This document shows, piece after piece, positions 34,598 to 42,636 of a stretch of DNA of 42,636 bases (its first letter is position 1; each line of letters opens with the position of its first letter). This DNA comes from Ignavibacteria bacterium (lineage in GTDB: Bacteria; Elusimicrobiota; Endomicrobiia; PHAN01): positions 1 through 42,636 of the forward strand of contig JBGFRZ010000077.1 of the NCBI GenBank assembly GCA_041694835.1. Direction: 5' to 3'. Position numbers and translations under genes: made by a program. The notes below the pieces were generated by a model. The model worked only from the letters and a program-made list of their open reading frames with translations, made no database searches and had not been told where the DNA came from.

Positions 34598-36940
34598 ATG
34601 AAAAAAACACTAATGATTTTTTTGCTTTTGTTCGGTTCGGCTGTTGTCGCTTTTGGACTTCAAATATACGACCTGCCTACTATAGAAATAGAATCTCCCG
34701 GTGAATACATTTTGCCTGTAGAAGTTTTTCTTAAAGATGAAAAATCCGGGCATCTGAATATAACTTTTTCCGAAGGTAGTATCGTCAAGCCGAGGTTTGA
34801 TAAAAAATTAAACGCCGTCGTTTTCTCGGTTCCGAATGCGGCAGAAGGGCTTGAGAAGTTAAACATGAGAGCATCCGCAGGAGACGAAACGGTTGAAGCA
34901 AATATTTTAAGTAGGGTTAAAAAATCCCGCAAAATGACTTTGAAATACAGACCCCAGGAAGCCGTCAAAAAAGTTTTTCTGGCCGGCGATTTCAACTCGT
35001 GGAATTCGAACAATCTGCCGCTTTTAGGTCCTGATAAAAACGGGGATTATTTCATTGAATTAAAACTCTCTCCGGGCGCATACAAATATAAGTTTGTCGT
35101 CGACGGAAACTGGCTTTCCGACCCGTTGAATCCCGAATCAGTCCCCGACGGATTTGGCGGGAAAAACTCTGTTTTGAAAATCGGCACCGCATCAACGGGG
35201 AAATGGCACACGGTTTCAAGACAAGCCGGTAAAATTGTATTAAAATATATCATTGACGAAAATATGACACCTATTAATCCTGCGACGCTCAAAATCGCCG
35301 CCGCAGGCAATAATATCATTACAAATCAAAATTACAATTTTTCTGCCGCCTCTCATGAATTGGTCATAAAAGATTCTCATAACAGCAAAGCCATAAGAGT
35401 AAATGCAATGGATTTATCGGGTAACATCCTCCCCGAGTTTGTTGTAAGAGAACCTGATGCCTGGCGTGACGGCACAATATACTTCGCGTTTACGGACAGA
35501 TTTTTTAATGGCGACAAATCAAACGACATGCCCTCGCCTGATACAAGTGTTGAAGCGGCAGCGAACTATCAGGGCGGTGATTTCAGAGGGATAATCGGGA
35601 AGATAAACGACGGATATTTCAAAAATCTCGGCGTGAATGTTTTGTGGATTTCTCCTGTTGTAGAAAATCCAAACGGCGCCTTTGTGGATGCGTTGCCGCC
35701 GCATAAAAAATTCACTGGTTATCACGGTTATTGGCCAGTTTCTTTTTGGAAAGTTGACAAAAGATATGGAAGCATGGAAGAACTCAAAGAACTCGTCGCC
35801 ACCGCTCACAAGAATGGCATGAAAGTCATATTTGACATGGTTTTAAACCACGTTCACCAAGAAAACGAACTTTATAAAAAAAATCCTGAATGGTTTTCCA
35901 AGTTAGAACTGCCTGATGGAAGAAAAAACATCCGTCTTTTCGACGAACGTCCTTATGATACATGGTTTGACCAATTCCTTCCGGACATAGATTATGAAAA
36001 CAATCCCGCCGCCGTCAGATATATGGTCGACAACTGCATTTGGTGGATAAAAGAGACGAACTGCGACGGTTTCCGCCTGGATGCGGTAAAACACATGCCT
36101 ATGGAGTTTTGGATAGAACTTCGCAAACGCGTAAGGCAAGAAATAGAGATTCCACAAAAAAAGATGTTTTATCTCGTCGGAGAGACGATTTCTTCGCGCG
36201 AAAAAATAATGGAGTTCGTTGGCTATGATAAACTGGATGGACAGTTTGATTTTCCGATTTACTGGGCGATAAAAGATGTCTTTGCCTGGGAAAGCCGCGG
36301 ATTCGACACTCTTGAAGAAGAGAGGAAGCAATCTGATAGTCAATATAGCGGCTCTCTTATGTCGCCGCTTTTGGGCAATCACGATTTTGCACGTTTTACG
36401 GCTTTTGCCGACGGAGCAATACCGCCCGGCACTGATGAAAAAGCCCGCACATGGCAGAACCGTCCGGAAATAACAAATCCGGAAACATATAAAAAACTTA
36501 AACTTGCTTTCACATTTTTGCTAACTCAAGCAGGCGTCCCGATGATTTACTACGGCGACGAAATAGGCCTTACGGGAGCTGGCGACCCCGACAACAGAAG
36601 GATGATGAAATTTGACGCTCAACTTTCAAGACATGAAAAGGAGTTACTTGAATATGTTTCCCGACTAAATAAATTCAGGCACGACTCGAAAGCCGTCAGA
36701 TACGGCGAACACCACACGCTCCTCGTCGGAAAAGATATATATGCTTATCTTAAAAATTACTTCGGTGAAGTTGCAATTGTAATACTAAACAAGTCGGATA
36801 AATCTGAGAGATTATCGCTTATGCTTCCAGAATTCGTTAAAGTTAGAAAATTGAAAGATGTATTTACGAACAGACGCGTTGAGTTAAATAATCTGAAGAT
36901 TCCGCCGAGAACCGCTATGATATTAAGGGGTGGAGGTTAA
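34598..36940 (+). CDS. Exported GH13 alpha-amylase-family enzyme with CBM48-like domain
   Basis: Own RBS (AGGAG) and signal peptide. VFLAGDFNSW...YKYKFVVDGNW, GGDFRG, GYHGYW, DMVLNH, DGFRLDAVKH, GET, GNHD, PMIYYGDEIG. Confidence 0.93.
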   Translation: MKKTLMIFLLLFGSAVVAFGLQIYDLPTIEIESPGEYILPVEVFLKDEKSGHLNITFSEGSIVKPRFDKKLNAVVFSVPNAAEGLEKLNMRASAGDETVEANILSRVKKSRKMTLKYRPQEAVKKVFLAGDFNSWNSNNLPLLGPDKNGDYFIELKLSPGAYKYKFVVDGNWLSDPLNPESVPDGFGGKNSVLKIGTASTGKWHTVSRQAGKIVLKYIIDENMTPINPATLKIAAAGNNIITNQNYNFSAASHELVIKDSHNSKAIRVNAMDLSGNILPEFVVREPDAWRDGTIYFAFTDRFFNGDKSNDMPSPDTSVEAAANYQGGDFRGIIGKINDGYFKNLGVNVLWISPVVENPNGAFVDALPPHKKFTGYHGYWPVSFWKVDKRYGSMEELKELVATAHKNGMKVIFDMVLNHVHQENELYKKNPEWFSKLELPDGRKNIRLFDERPYDTWFDQFLPDIDYENNPAAVRYMVDNCIWWIKETNCDGFRLDAVKHMPMEFWIELRKRVRQEIEIPQKKMFYLVGETISSREKIMEFVGYDKLDGQFDFPIYWAIKDVFAWESRGFDTLEEERKQSDSQYSGSLMSPLLGNHDFARFTAFADGAIPPGTDEKARTWQNRPEITNPETYKKLKLAFTFLLTQAGVPMIYYGDEIGLTGAGDPDNRRMMKFDAQLSRHEKELLEYVSRLNKFRHDSKAVRYGEHHTLLVGKDIYAYLKNYFGEVAIVILNKSDKSERLSLMLPEFVKVRKLKDVFTNRRVELNNLKIPPRTAMILRGGG

Positions 36941-36977
36941 AGTTGGAAAGTGAAAGGTTAAAAAGAGGTGATAACAA

Positions 36978-37340
36978 ATGGGCTTGACTCATGTGACTGT
37001 AAGTTTGAAGGCGAATCAAACGGCGAAAGAAAAATATGAGGCCGATTTTTTGGTTGATACAGGAGCGACCGATTGTTTGGCGCCAGCATCAGCATTAGAA
37101 AAAGCGGGCATCGTCCGTAGAGGAAAAATGACTTATGAGTTGGCTGACGGAAAGAAAACCGTGTATGATTTTGGGTTGGTTGAGATTGAGTTTATGGGGG
37201 AATTGACCTCCGGTCGGGTTATATTTGGGCCAGATGACGCCGAGCCAATATTAGGAGTTACCGCGCTGGTATCAGTCGGTATCTTGGTCGACCCTGTCGA
37301 GCAAACTCTTAAACGTATGCCTGCTATACCGTTGAAATAA
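36978..37340 (+). CDS. Small clan AA (retropepsin-like) aspartyl protease family protein
   Basis: FLVDTGAT catalytic motif, LADG flap, PILGVTAL. GAGGTG RBS. Confidence 0.85.
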   Translation: MGLTHVTVSLKANQTAKEKYEADFLVDTGATDCLAPASALEKAGIVRRGKMTYELADGKKTVYDFGLVEIEFMGELTSGRVIFGPDDAEPILGVTALVSVGILVDPVEQTLKRMPAIPLK

Positions 37341-37373
37341 TCCCCCGGGGGCGACGGACCATCAGGGAAATCT

Positions 37374-39542
37374 TCAATCACCGCAAATCTCAATCTCCAG
37401 AACGACTTCGTCGGTGGGTGAGATTTCTTGCGAGATGGTTATAAATTGAAACTTGCTTTCGACGCAACCAGAAAATATCTTATTCGTATACCGCACTTCT
37501 TGATTAGTTCCATTGATTGAGAGCTTCTTTGGTTTCAAGTCGACAGCAAAAATGTTTATTGTAACATTTTGTCTTTGCGACGCATTGGGATAGTTGCCCT
37601 CCGCTTTTTCTATTTTTATTTGAAGCATATTATCCGTTTTACGCGCTAAAATTTTGCGTGTCAGATACTTGTTCCTCAGATATTCCTCGGTGTGGCCGTC
37701 GTCTTCATAGTAAACAAACCCGCTGTCTTTGTCCGGGAAAATATTTAACTCGATGTTTTTTATTTCTTCAGAAAGCGACTCCCCAACCGTCACCGCAGGT
37801 ATTATACTTGCTTTTTTTATGTAGACCGGTATAATTTCAAGGGGTATTTTTATTTTTTTTACAACCGGCCCGTTTACAACTTCATTGGTCTCAAGCGAAA
37901 TCCACTCGCCTTTTGGGAAATAAACTTCGCTTTCAAACACTTCTCCCGGACCGTGGGCGGGTGCAATAAGAAGCGAGTCGCCTATTAGATATTCTTCATC
38001 GTATTTGTAAGCATTTTCATCTTGCGGGTATTCTATGTAAAGCCCGCGAATTAGAGGAATGCCGAAATCGTGACAATCGCGGGCAAGTTTATAAAAATAA
38101 GGATTTAAAGCGTATCTGATTTTTACATATTTTCTAAAAATCTCAATCGCCCTTTGGGAATAATTCCATATGTCCCTCGACGCCCCCGACGAATGTGTCC
38201 TAAGAACGGGGGAAAAACAACCGAACTGGACCCATCGTATAAAAAGTTCTTCGGGAATGACTTCTCCGAGAAATCCGCCTATGTCGTGAGACCAGTAACT
38301 CGCTCCGACATTGCCGCCTTTATGGGTAAACGAGATTTCATATTTTAATGTCTCAAAATTTGAGTAAGTGTCGCCTGAAAACTGTAGCGGAAATTTGTGG
38401 GAACCCACGCCGCCCCATCGGGAAAGTATGAGCGGTCTTCTGTCGTCGGATGTCCTTTTTGCGGCTTCAAAATAAAATCTGTTAAGCCACAACTGTGAGT
38501 TCAAATCCATTATGCCGTCAGTGGCTCCCCATCCGTCGACCCACCAGAAATCAATACCGTCATCCAAAAATTTTTTAAATATTTCATCAATCCATGCATT
38601 GACATATCTGTCGTCGTTCCATTTGATTCTGAATTCATTTATATCAGGGGTTCTGTTTTTTATTTTCTCCTTGAACGGGTCATCATGAGGCAGGACATCG
38701 GATATGCCGTAGCCGGGATGGTCGTTTAAGCAGCATTTGAGACGCATATCTTTTAACTTGCGAATAAATTTTGACGGCTCTGGAAAAAATTTACTGTTCC
38801 ATTCGTATCCATTCCACACGTGTTTTCTCCAATCGGTGTCTATTACGAATACATCAAGCGGTATGCCGTTTTCTTTTAACTTGTCTATTACAGAAAGAAT
38901 CTCTTTGTCCGAAAATTTATACCACCTTGAATACCAGTAACCGAAAACCCATCGTGGAACAAGTGGAATTTTTCCGAAAAGATTTACAAAATCGCCTAAC
39001 GCATTTTTATAATCCATTCCATAGCCAAACAGATACCAGTCCTGAAAGTTCCAGTCGCTTCTTTTCTTAACCCATTTTGTTTTTTTGTCCCATAAAAATT
39101 CGCAGTGATTCCTGTAGACGAAAAGACCGTTTTTTGAGATTAATCCATCTGTGAAGTTTTCGGCCGTCTTGCCGTGTGGAAACTTGTAAAGGTCGAGCAT
39201 TGCTCCGCCGATATTTTCTTCATCGATTATGCCCGGTTCCCAGATATATTCTCCGTTTAAAGAATTAAAAATTCTGAAAGAGAGATTGCCTATGTCGAAC
39301 GCTCTCCCATCGGGGACAAGCGAAAATTCAAAGTGGGTGGTTTTGATTTGAAAGGGATTGTTATTTTTTATGTCGTGGGGCACTTCGACGCTGAAGTTTG
39401 GTTCAAGTATTATAGGATTTTCTTCGTCAAAAACCCCACTCGTGGAGTATTCTGCTCTTATAAGAGACGAAGAAAATAATGTTACTCTATAATTAGAACC
39501 GATTAAATATACAGGCGGCCGCCGACTGATTTCTTTTATCAT
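37374..39542 (-). CDS. GH31 alpha-glucosidase-family enzyme (no signal peptide)
   Basis: PRWVFGYWYSRW, IPLDVFVIDTDW, DFWWVD, FSGDT, WSHDIGGF, RWVQFG, YYEDDG. Confidence 0.92.
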   Translation of the reverse strand: MIKEISRRPPVYLIGSNYRVTLFSSSLIRAEYSTSGVFDEENPIILEPNFSVEVPHDIKNNNPFQIKTTHFEFSLVPDGRAFDIGNLSFRIFNSLNGEYIWEPGIIDEENIGGAMLDLYKFPHGKTAENFTDGLISKNGLFVYRNHCEFLWDKKTKWVKKRSDWNFQDWYLFGYGMDYKNALGDFVNLFGKIPLVPRWVFGYWYSRWYKFSDKEILSVIDKLKENGIPLDVFVIDTDWRKHVWNGYEWNSKFFPEPSKFIRKLKDMRLKCCLNDHPGYGISDVLPHDDPFKEKIKNRTPDINEFRIKWNDDRYVNAWIDEIFKKFLDDGIDFWWVDGWGATDGIMDLNSQLWLNRFYFEAAKRTSDDRRPLILSRWGGVGSHKFPLQFSGDTYSNFETLKYEISFTHKGGNVGASYWSHDIGGFLGEVIPEELFIRWVQFGCFSPVLRTHSSGASRDIWNYSQRAIEIFRKYVKIRYALNPYFYKLARDCHDFGIPLIRGLYIEYPQDENAYKYDEEYLIGDSLLIAPAHGPGEVFESEVYFPKGEWISLETNEVVNGPVVKKIKIPLEIIPVYIKKASIIPAVTVGESLSEEIKNIELNIFPDKDSGFVYYEDDGHTEEYLRNKYLTRKILARKTDNMLQIKIEKAEGNYPNASQRQNVTINIFAVDLKPKKLSINGTNQEVRYTNKIFSGCVESKFQFITISQEISPTDEVVLEIEICGD

Positions 39543-41971
39543 TTATCCATTGATACGAGAAACATCGCTGATCTCGGCGGCATTCTTACAGAGACCTTTC
39601 CGTTTTTTACTGAATATGTCTTCGCGGGTTTCTCGGGAGTTTTGATTTTCTTTCTTGAAAAGTTATATCTGCCGTCGCTCTCGGGCGAATTGAATATCAC
39701 TACTTTTTCAGAATATACGTCGAGAAGTTTTGAGTTATTGGGAAGAGATGCTTTGAACACCACTTCATTTTTTTTCTCAGAAGCGTTTACGACAATAAAC
39801 GCAGAGCGGTTTCCTTTTCTTCTGGCAAAAACAAGAATGTTTTCAGTATCGTCGGTGTGAACGCTTTCATAGATTCCGCTCTGAAGTTCGGGATAAGTAT
39901 TTCTTATCGCTATCAATTTTTGATAGTGTTTGAATATCTCGTCCATAAACACCCTGTCATCGCTGTCATAAGGTTCAAATTCTTTCCATGTCATCGGCTC
40001 TCTGCAGAAAGGGTCGTCGGAGCCCCACATTCCGGCTTCCGTCCCGTACCATATCATCGGTGCACCTGGAAGTGTAAATTGAAGGGCGCTGACGAGTTTT
40101 AGAAGTTCATATATTTCCTTCGGTGGTCTTTCCGTTTTGTAGTAGGGATTGTAATCGCCGGTATCTTGCGGATTTAGACGATTTCTCTTATCGTAGTGTC
40201 TGCCGGGATTATAGAGCATAGATACCGCTCTGTCCGTGTCGTGGCTGTCAAGAAGATTCTGCTGCACAAAATTTACCTGATAGGGATAGAGCGCCAGGAG
40301 TCGTTTGATTTCTCCGTCGAACTGCGAGGGATTCATCTGCTTATCTGAAATAAATTTCAGTATGGTTTTGACGAAAGGATAGTTCATCTGGCAGTGCAGA
40401 AGTTTTTCATTCAGCCATTCGGGAGATTCGCCCCATAGTTCGCCTACAATCAGAGCGTCGGGATTTATCGATTTAACGAGCTTTGACCACTCAACCCAAA
40501 AAGGCATTGCGACGTTATCAACGACATCCAGCCGCCATCCGTCTATGCCGTCGGAAGGGTCGCCGTCACCGTTCGGGTCCATCCATCTTCTTGTGATAGC
40601 AAATATATGTTCTTTCGGACCTTTTACAAGACCGTCGCCGTCTTCCCTGAATTCGGGCAGTCCCCCGAATCCCGCCCAGCCGCGATATCCTTTCCCTCTG
40701 TCTGCTTCTCTCATAAATAAATCCCAATCGGTAATATCAAACCAGTCGGCGTACTTTGATTTCTCCCCGTGTTTTTTAACATCTTCAAAAGCCCAGAATT
40801 TTTCTCCCGAGTGATTGAATACTCCGTCGATAATAACCCTGAACCCTTTTGCTCTTGCGGTTTTTAAAAAATCAAGAAACAATCTATCTGTCTTCGTCCA
40901 CTTCCACGTTTTCGGATCGTCGGTCTCGCCTTTCAGTTCGGCGATGTCGCCCTTGAATCCGAGATTGTCGTCTACGTGTCTGTAGTCGGAGGTGTTGTAT
41001 TTGTGTGGTGAGTCCGCTTCAAAAACGGGAGTCAGATAAATCGCGGTTACGCCGAGTTCTTTGAGATAATCTAATTTTTTTATCAAACCCAGTATGTCCC
41101 CACCGAATCGCCTCCCCCAGACAACATCATAGAAACTTCCTTTCTCCGAAGGATGAACTTTTGCAAAATCCCATGTCCAAGGCAGGAAGCCGTCCGGATT
41201 ATTTGTGGTGTCGCCATCGTAAAATCTGTCAGGCATTATTTGATACCACACAGCGTTCTTTGCCCAGTCGGGCGTTAAAAACTTCGGAGAAAGAGAAGCG
41301 GTAAAATGGTTTTCAGCAGGATATAAAACTTTCTTTGCTTCGTCTATAATAGCAAAACGGTATTTTAAGGATTTTTTTTCTATCGGAATATCAATAAAAG
41401 CCGAATACCAATCAAATCCGATATACGATTTAACTTTCCGCATTTTTACGCTGTCGCCATCATCGAAAACGATTTTAACCTCAGATGCGTCATCTTCAAG
41501 AGTTCTAATTTTAATCTCAGCTAAGTCCTTCATTATAACATTGAAATGCTCAATAGAATTGCTGTCGTGCTTTAACGCATCGGTATTTATTTCATTCTCG
41601 ACTGCCTCGCCGTACATCGCGCCGCTTTCGCCCACAACGATGACCGAGTTGAATCCACCGAAACCATCTTCTTTTCTGTATTTAACGTCGGCTTTCGGGT
41701 CTTCGAGCCATTTTGTGCCGTTGATGACAAACTTATAATAATGCAGACCTTCTTTCAATTCCAGAGTCAGCGCGAATTTCCCGTCCGGAAGTTTTTTGAA
41801 TAGGTCTTTGGTGCTGTTCCAGTGATTAAACGAACCCGCTGCGGCGATTGAATTTATGCTTTCGCCGGGTTTGGGCTCATAAATAAAAGTAACCCTTTGG
41901 GTTTGGGCGTTCAGACGGACAAAAACAATCATGGCAAGACAAACGGCAAAGAAAACTTTTCTTGTGCTCAC
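39539..41971 (-). CDS. Exported GH13 neopullulanase/cyclomaltodextrinase-like enzyme with CBM48-like and CBM34-like N-terminal domains
   Basis: AGGAGG RBS then GTG at 41971 (ORF open to 42022) and a signal peptide. TPDWAKNAVWYQIMPDRF, GGDILG, DGVFNH, DGWRLDV, GELW, DSHD. Stop overlaps the GH31 start (ATGA). Confidence 0.93.
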   Translation of the reverse strand: MSTRKVFFAVCLAMIVFVRLNAQTQRVTFIYEPKPGESINSIAAAGSFNHWNSTKDLFKKLPDGKFALTLELKEGLHYYKFVINGTKWLEDPKADVKYRKEDGFGGFNSVIVVGESGAMYGEAVENEINTDALKHDSNSIEHFNVIMKDLAEIKIRTLEDDASEVKIVFDDGDSVKMRKVKSYIGFDWYSAFIDIPIEKKSLKYRFAIIDEAKKVLYPAENHFTASLSPKFLTPDWAKNAVWYQIMPDRFYDGDTTNNPDGFLPWTWDFAKVHPSEKGSFYDVVWGRRFGGDILGLIKKLDYLKELGVTAIYLTPVFEADSPHKYNTSDYRHVDDNLGFKGDIAELKGETDDPKTWKWTKTDRLFLDFLKTARAKGFRVIIDGVFNHSGEKFWAFEDVKKHGEKSKYADWFDITDWDLFMREADRGKGYRGWAGFGGLPEFREDGDGLVKGPKEHIFAITRRWMDPNGDGDPSDGIDGWRLDVVDNVAMPFWVEWSKLVKSINPDALIVGELWGESPEWLNEKLLHCQMNYPFVKTILKFISDKQMNPSQFDGEIKRLLALYPYQVNFVQQNLLDSHDTDRAVSMLYNPGRHYDKRNRLNPQDTGDYNPYYKTERPPKEIYELLKLVSALQFTLPGAPMIWYGTEAGMWGSDDPFCREPMTWKEFEPYDSDDRVFMDEIFKHYQKLIAIRNTYPELQSGIYESVHTDDTENILVFARRKGNRSAFIVVNASEKKNEVVFKASLPNNSKLLDVYSEKVVIFNSPESDGRYNFSRKKIKTPEKPAKTYSVKNGKVSVRMPPRSAMFLVSMDK

Positions 41972-42315
41972 ACTTCCTCCTGTGATAATCGACGATTTAA
42001 GAATCATTCTTCCGCACATCAATCAATAGAACACCAAATCATAAAATCTCAAATTGCCCATCGGACAGTTGCCGGATGGAGACAGATATTTTGAGAGGTG
42101 TTATTTTATTTTCCAGTTATAGATATTATGAAATTATTGAAAAAGTTTTTTCACCACGGAATACACGGAAAGAACTACCGAAGACATGGAAAAAATCCGT
42201 CGATAATAAAATCCCGGCGTTTCTCTCGTCTTTATTCCGTGCTATCTGTGTCAAGGTTTTTCAACGGTCTCATTATATAAAATAATACATGAATTTCAAA
42301 ACATGATAATTTTTT

Positions 42316-42343
42316 TTGATTTCGCAAAAAATTTATGTATAAT
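42316..42343 (+). promoter_or_regulatory. Candidate sigma70-type promoter facing out of the window
   Basis: TTGATT-N16-TATAAT in an AT-rich intergenic region. Motif match only. Confidence 0.35.
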
Positions 42344-42636
42344 GAGAGTGTTGAAAAAGTCAGTATTTAGCAAAGCCGGCGCCATTTAGCCGGTAGGTTT
42401 AGCAATTTATGTTTGAAAAATTGCTGACAATTCTTTCAATTTCTGAATTTTCTCTCAAACTTTTTGCTTTTTTGCTCTTTGAATCATTTTGTTGACACTA
42501 CCCGCAACGCAAGATAGGGTGGAGATGTTAAACTGCATAGCAAGGTCACCATTCGCTTACAGTTAACTACTATACCGGCTAACAAACATTGAATCGTTAC
42601 TTTAGTCAGCCCCCAGTATCGTGCTTTATTGAGTGT

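Noticed and set aside
36978-37340. Aspartyl protease as the enzyme that processes the repeat-encoded leaders
   Set aside because: It is a small, probably cytoplasmic, widely scattered family and the leaders already end in standard signal-peptidase-like sites. Only adjacency supports the idea.
37342-37351. cccccggggg palindrome between convergent genes as a terminator
   Set aside because: No proper loop or U-tract on either strand.
42076-42285. Short plus-strand ORFs of 60-69 aa
   Set aside because: No recognisable motif, overlapping alternative frames, and located in a repeat-containing AT-rich intergenic region.
42344-42502. IS-like terminal repeats (gagagtgttgaaaaagt ... ttttgttgacactacc) or a c-di-GMP riboswitch
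   Set aside because: The match between ends is weak, there is no transposase, and the GEMM consensus stems and tetraloop cannot be assembled.

Overview
The window is almost entirely one large, mostly plus-strand alpha-glucan (starch/glycogen/maltodextrin) utilisation locus of a diderm bacterium. The protein style is reminiscent of Elusimicrobiota (inference only). It encodes a 2740-aa secreted multidomain protein with a divergent GH13 core, two further GH13 enzymes, a GH31, seven CBM48-like and three CBM20-like domains, and a sugar ABC transporter without its ATPase. It also encodes two tandem diguanylate cyclases, two large outer-membrane barrel candidates (one fused to CBM48), and three pairs of a C-terminal-sorting-domain protein followed by a PorV/UPF0164-like barrel. 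No SusC/SusD is visible. The most unusual layer is a family of modular 7-nt and 8-nt tandem-repeat cassettes at most gene junctions. In plus orientation they are read in frame as about 55-150-aa leaders that supply the signal peptide of nine exported proteins. Because the unit lengths are not multiples of 3, they encode the same kind of peptide in any frame. In minus orientation they are intergenic, and one forms a perfect 150-bp inverted repeat around the ABC transporter. Also present are an unrecognised roughly 280-aa module in 4-5 copies, REP-like hairpins (two inside signal-peptide coding DNA), a MITE-like element, and a hicB with a frameshifted hicA. All family assignments come from motif recognition by eye, not from database searches.
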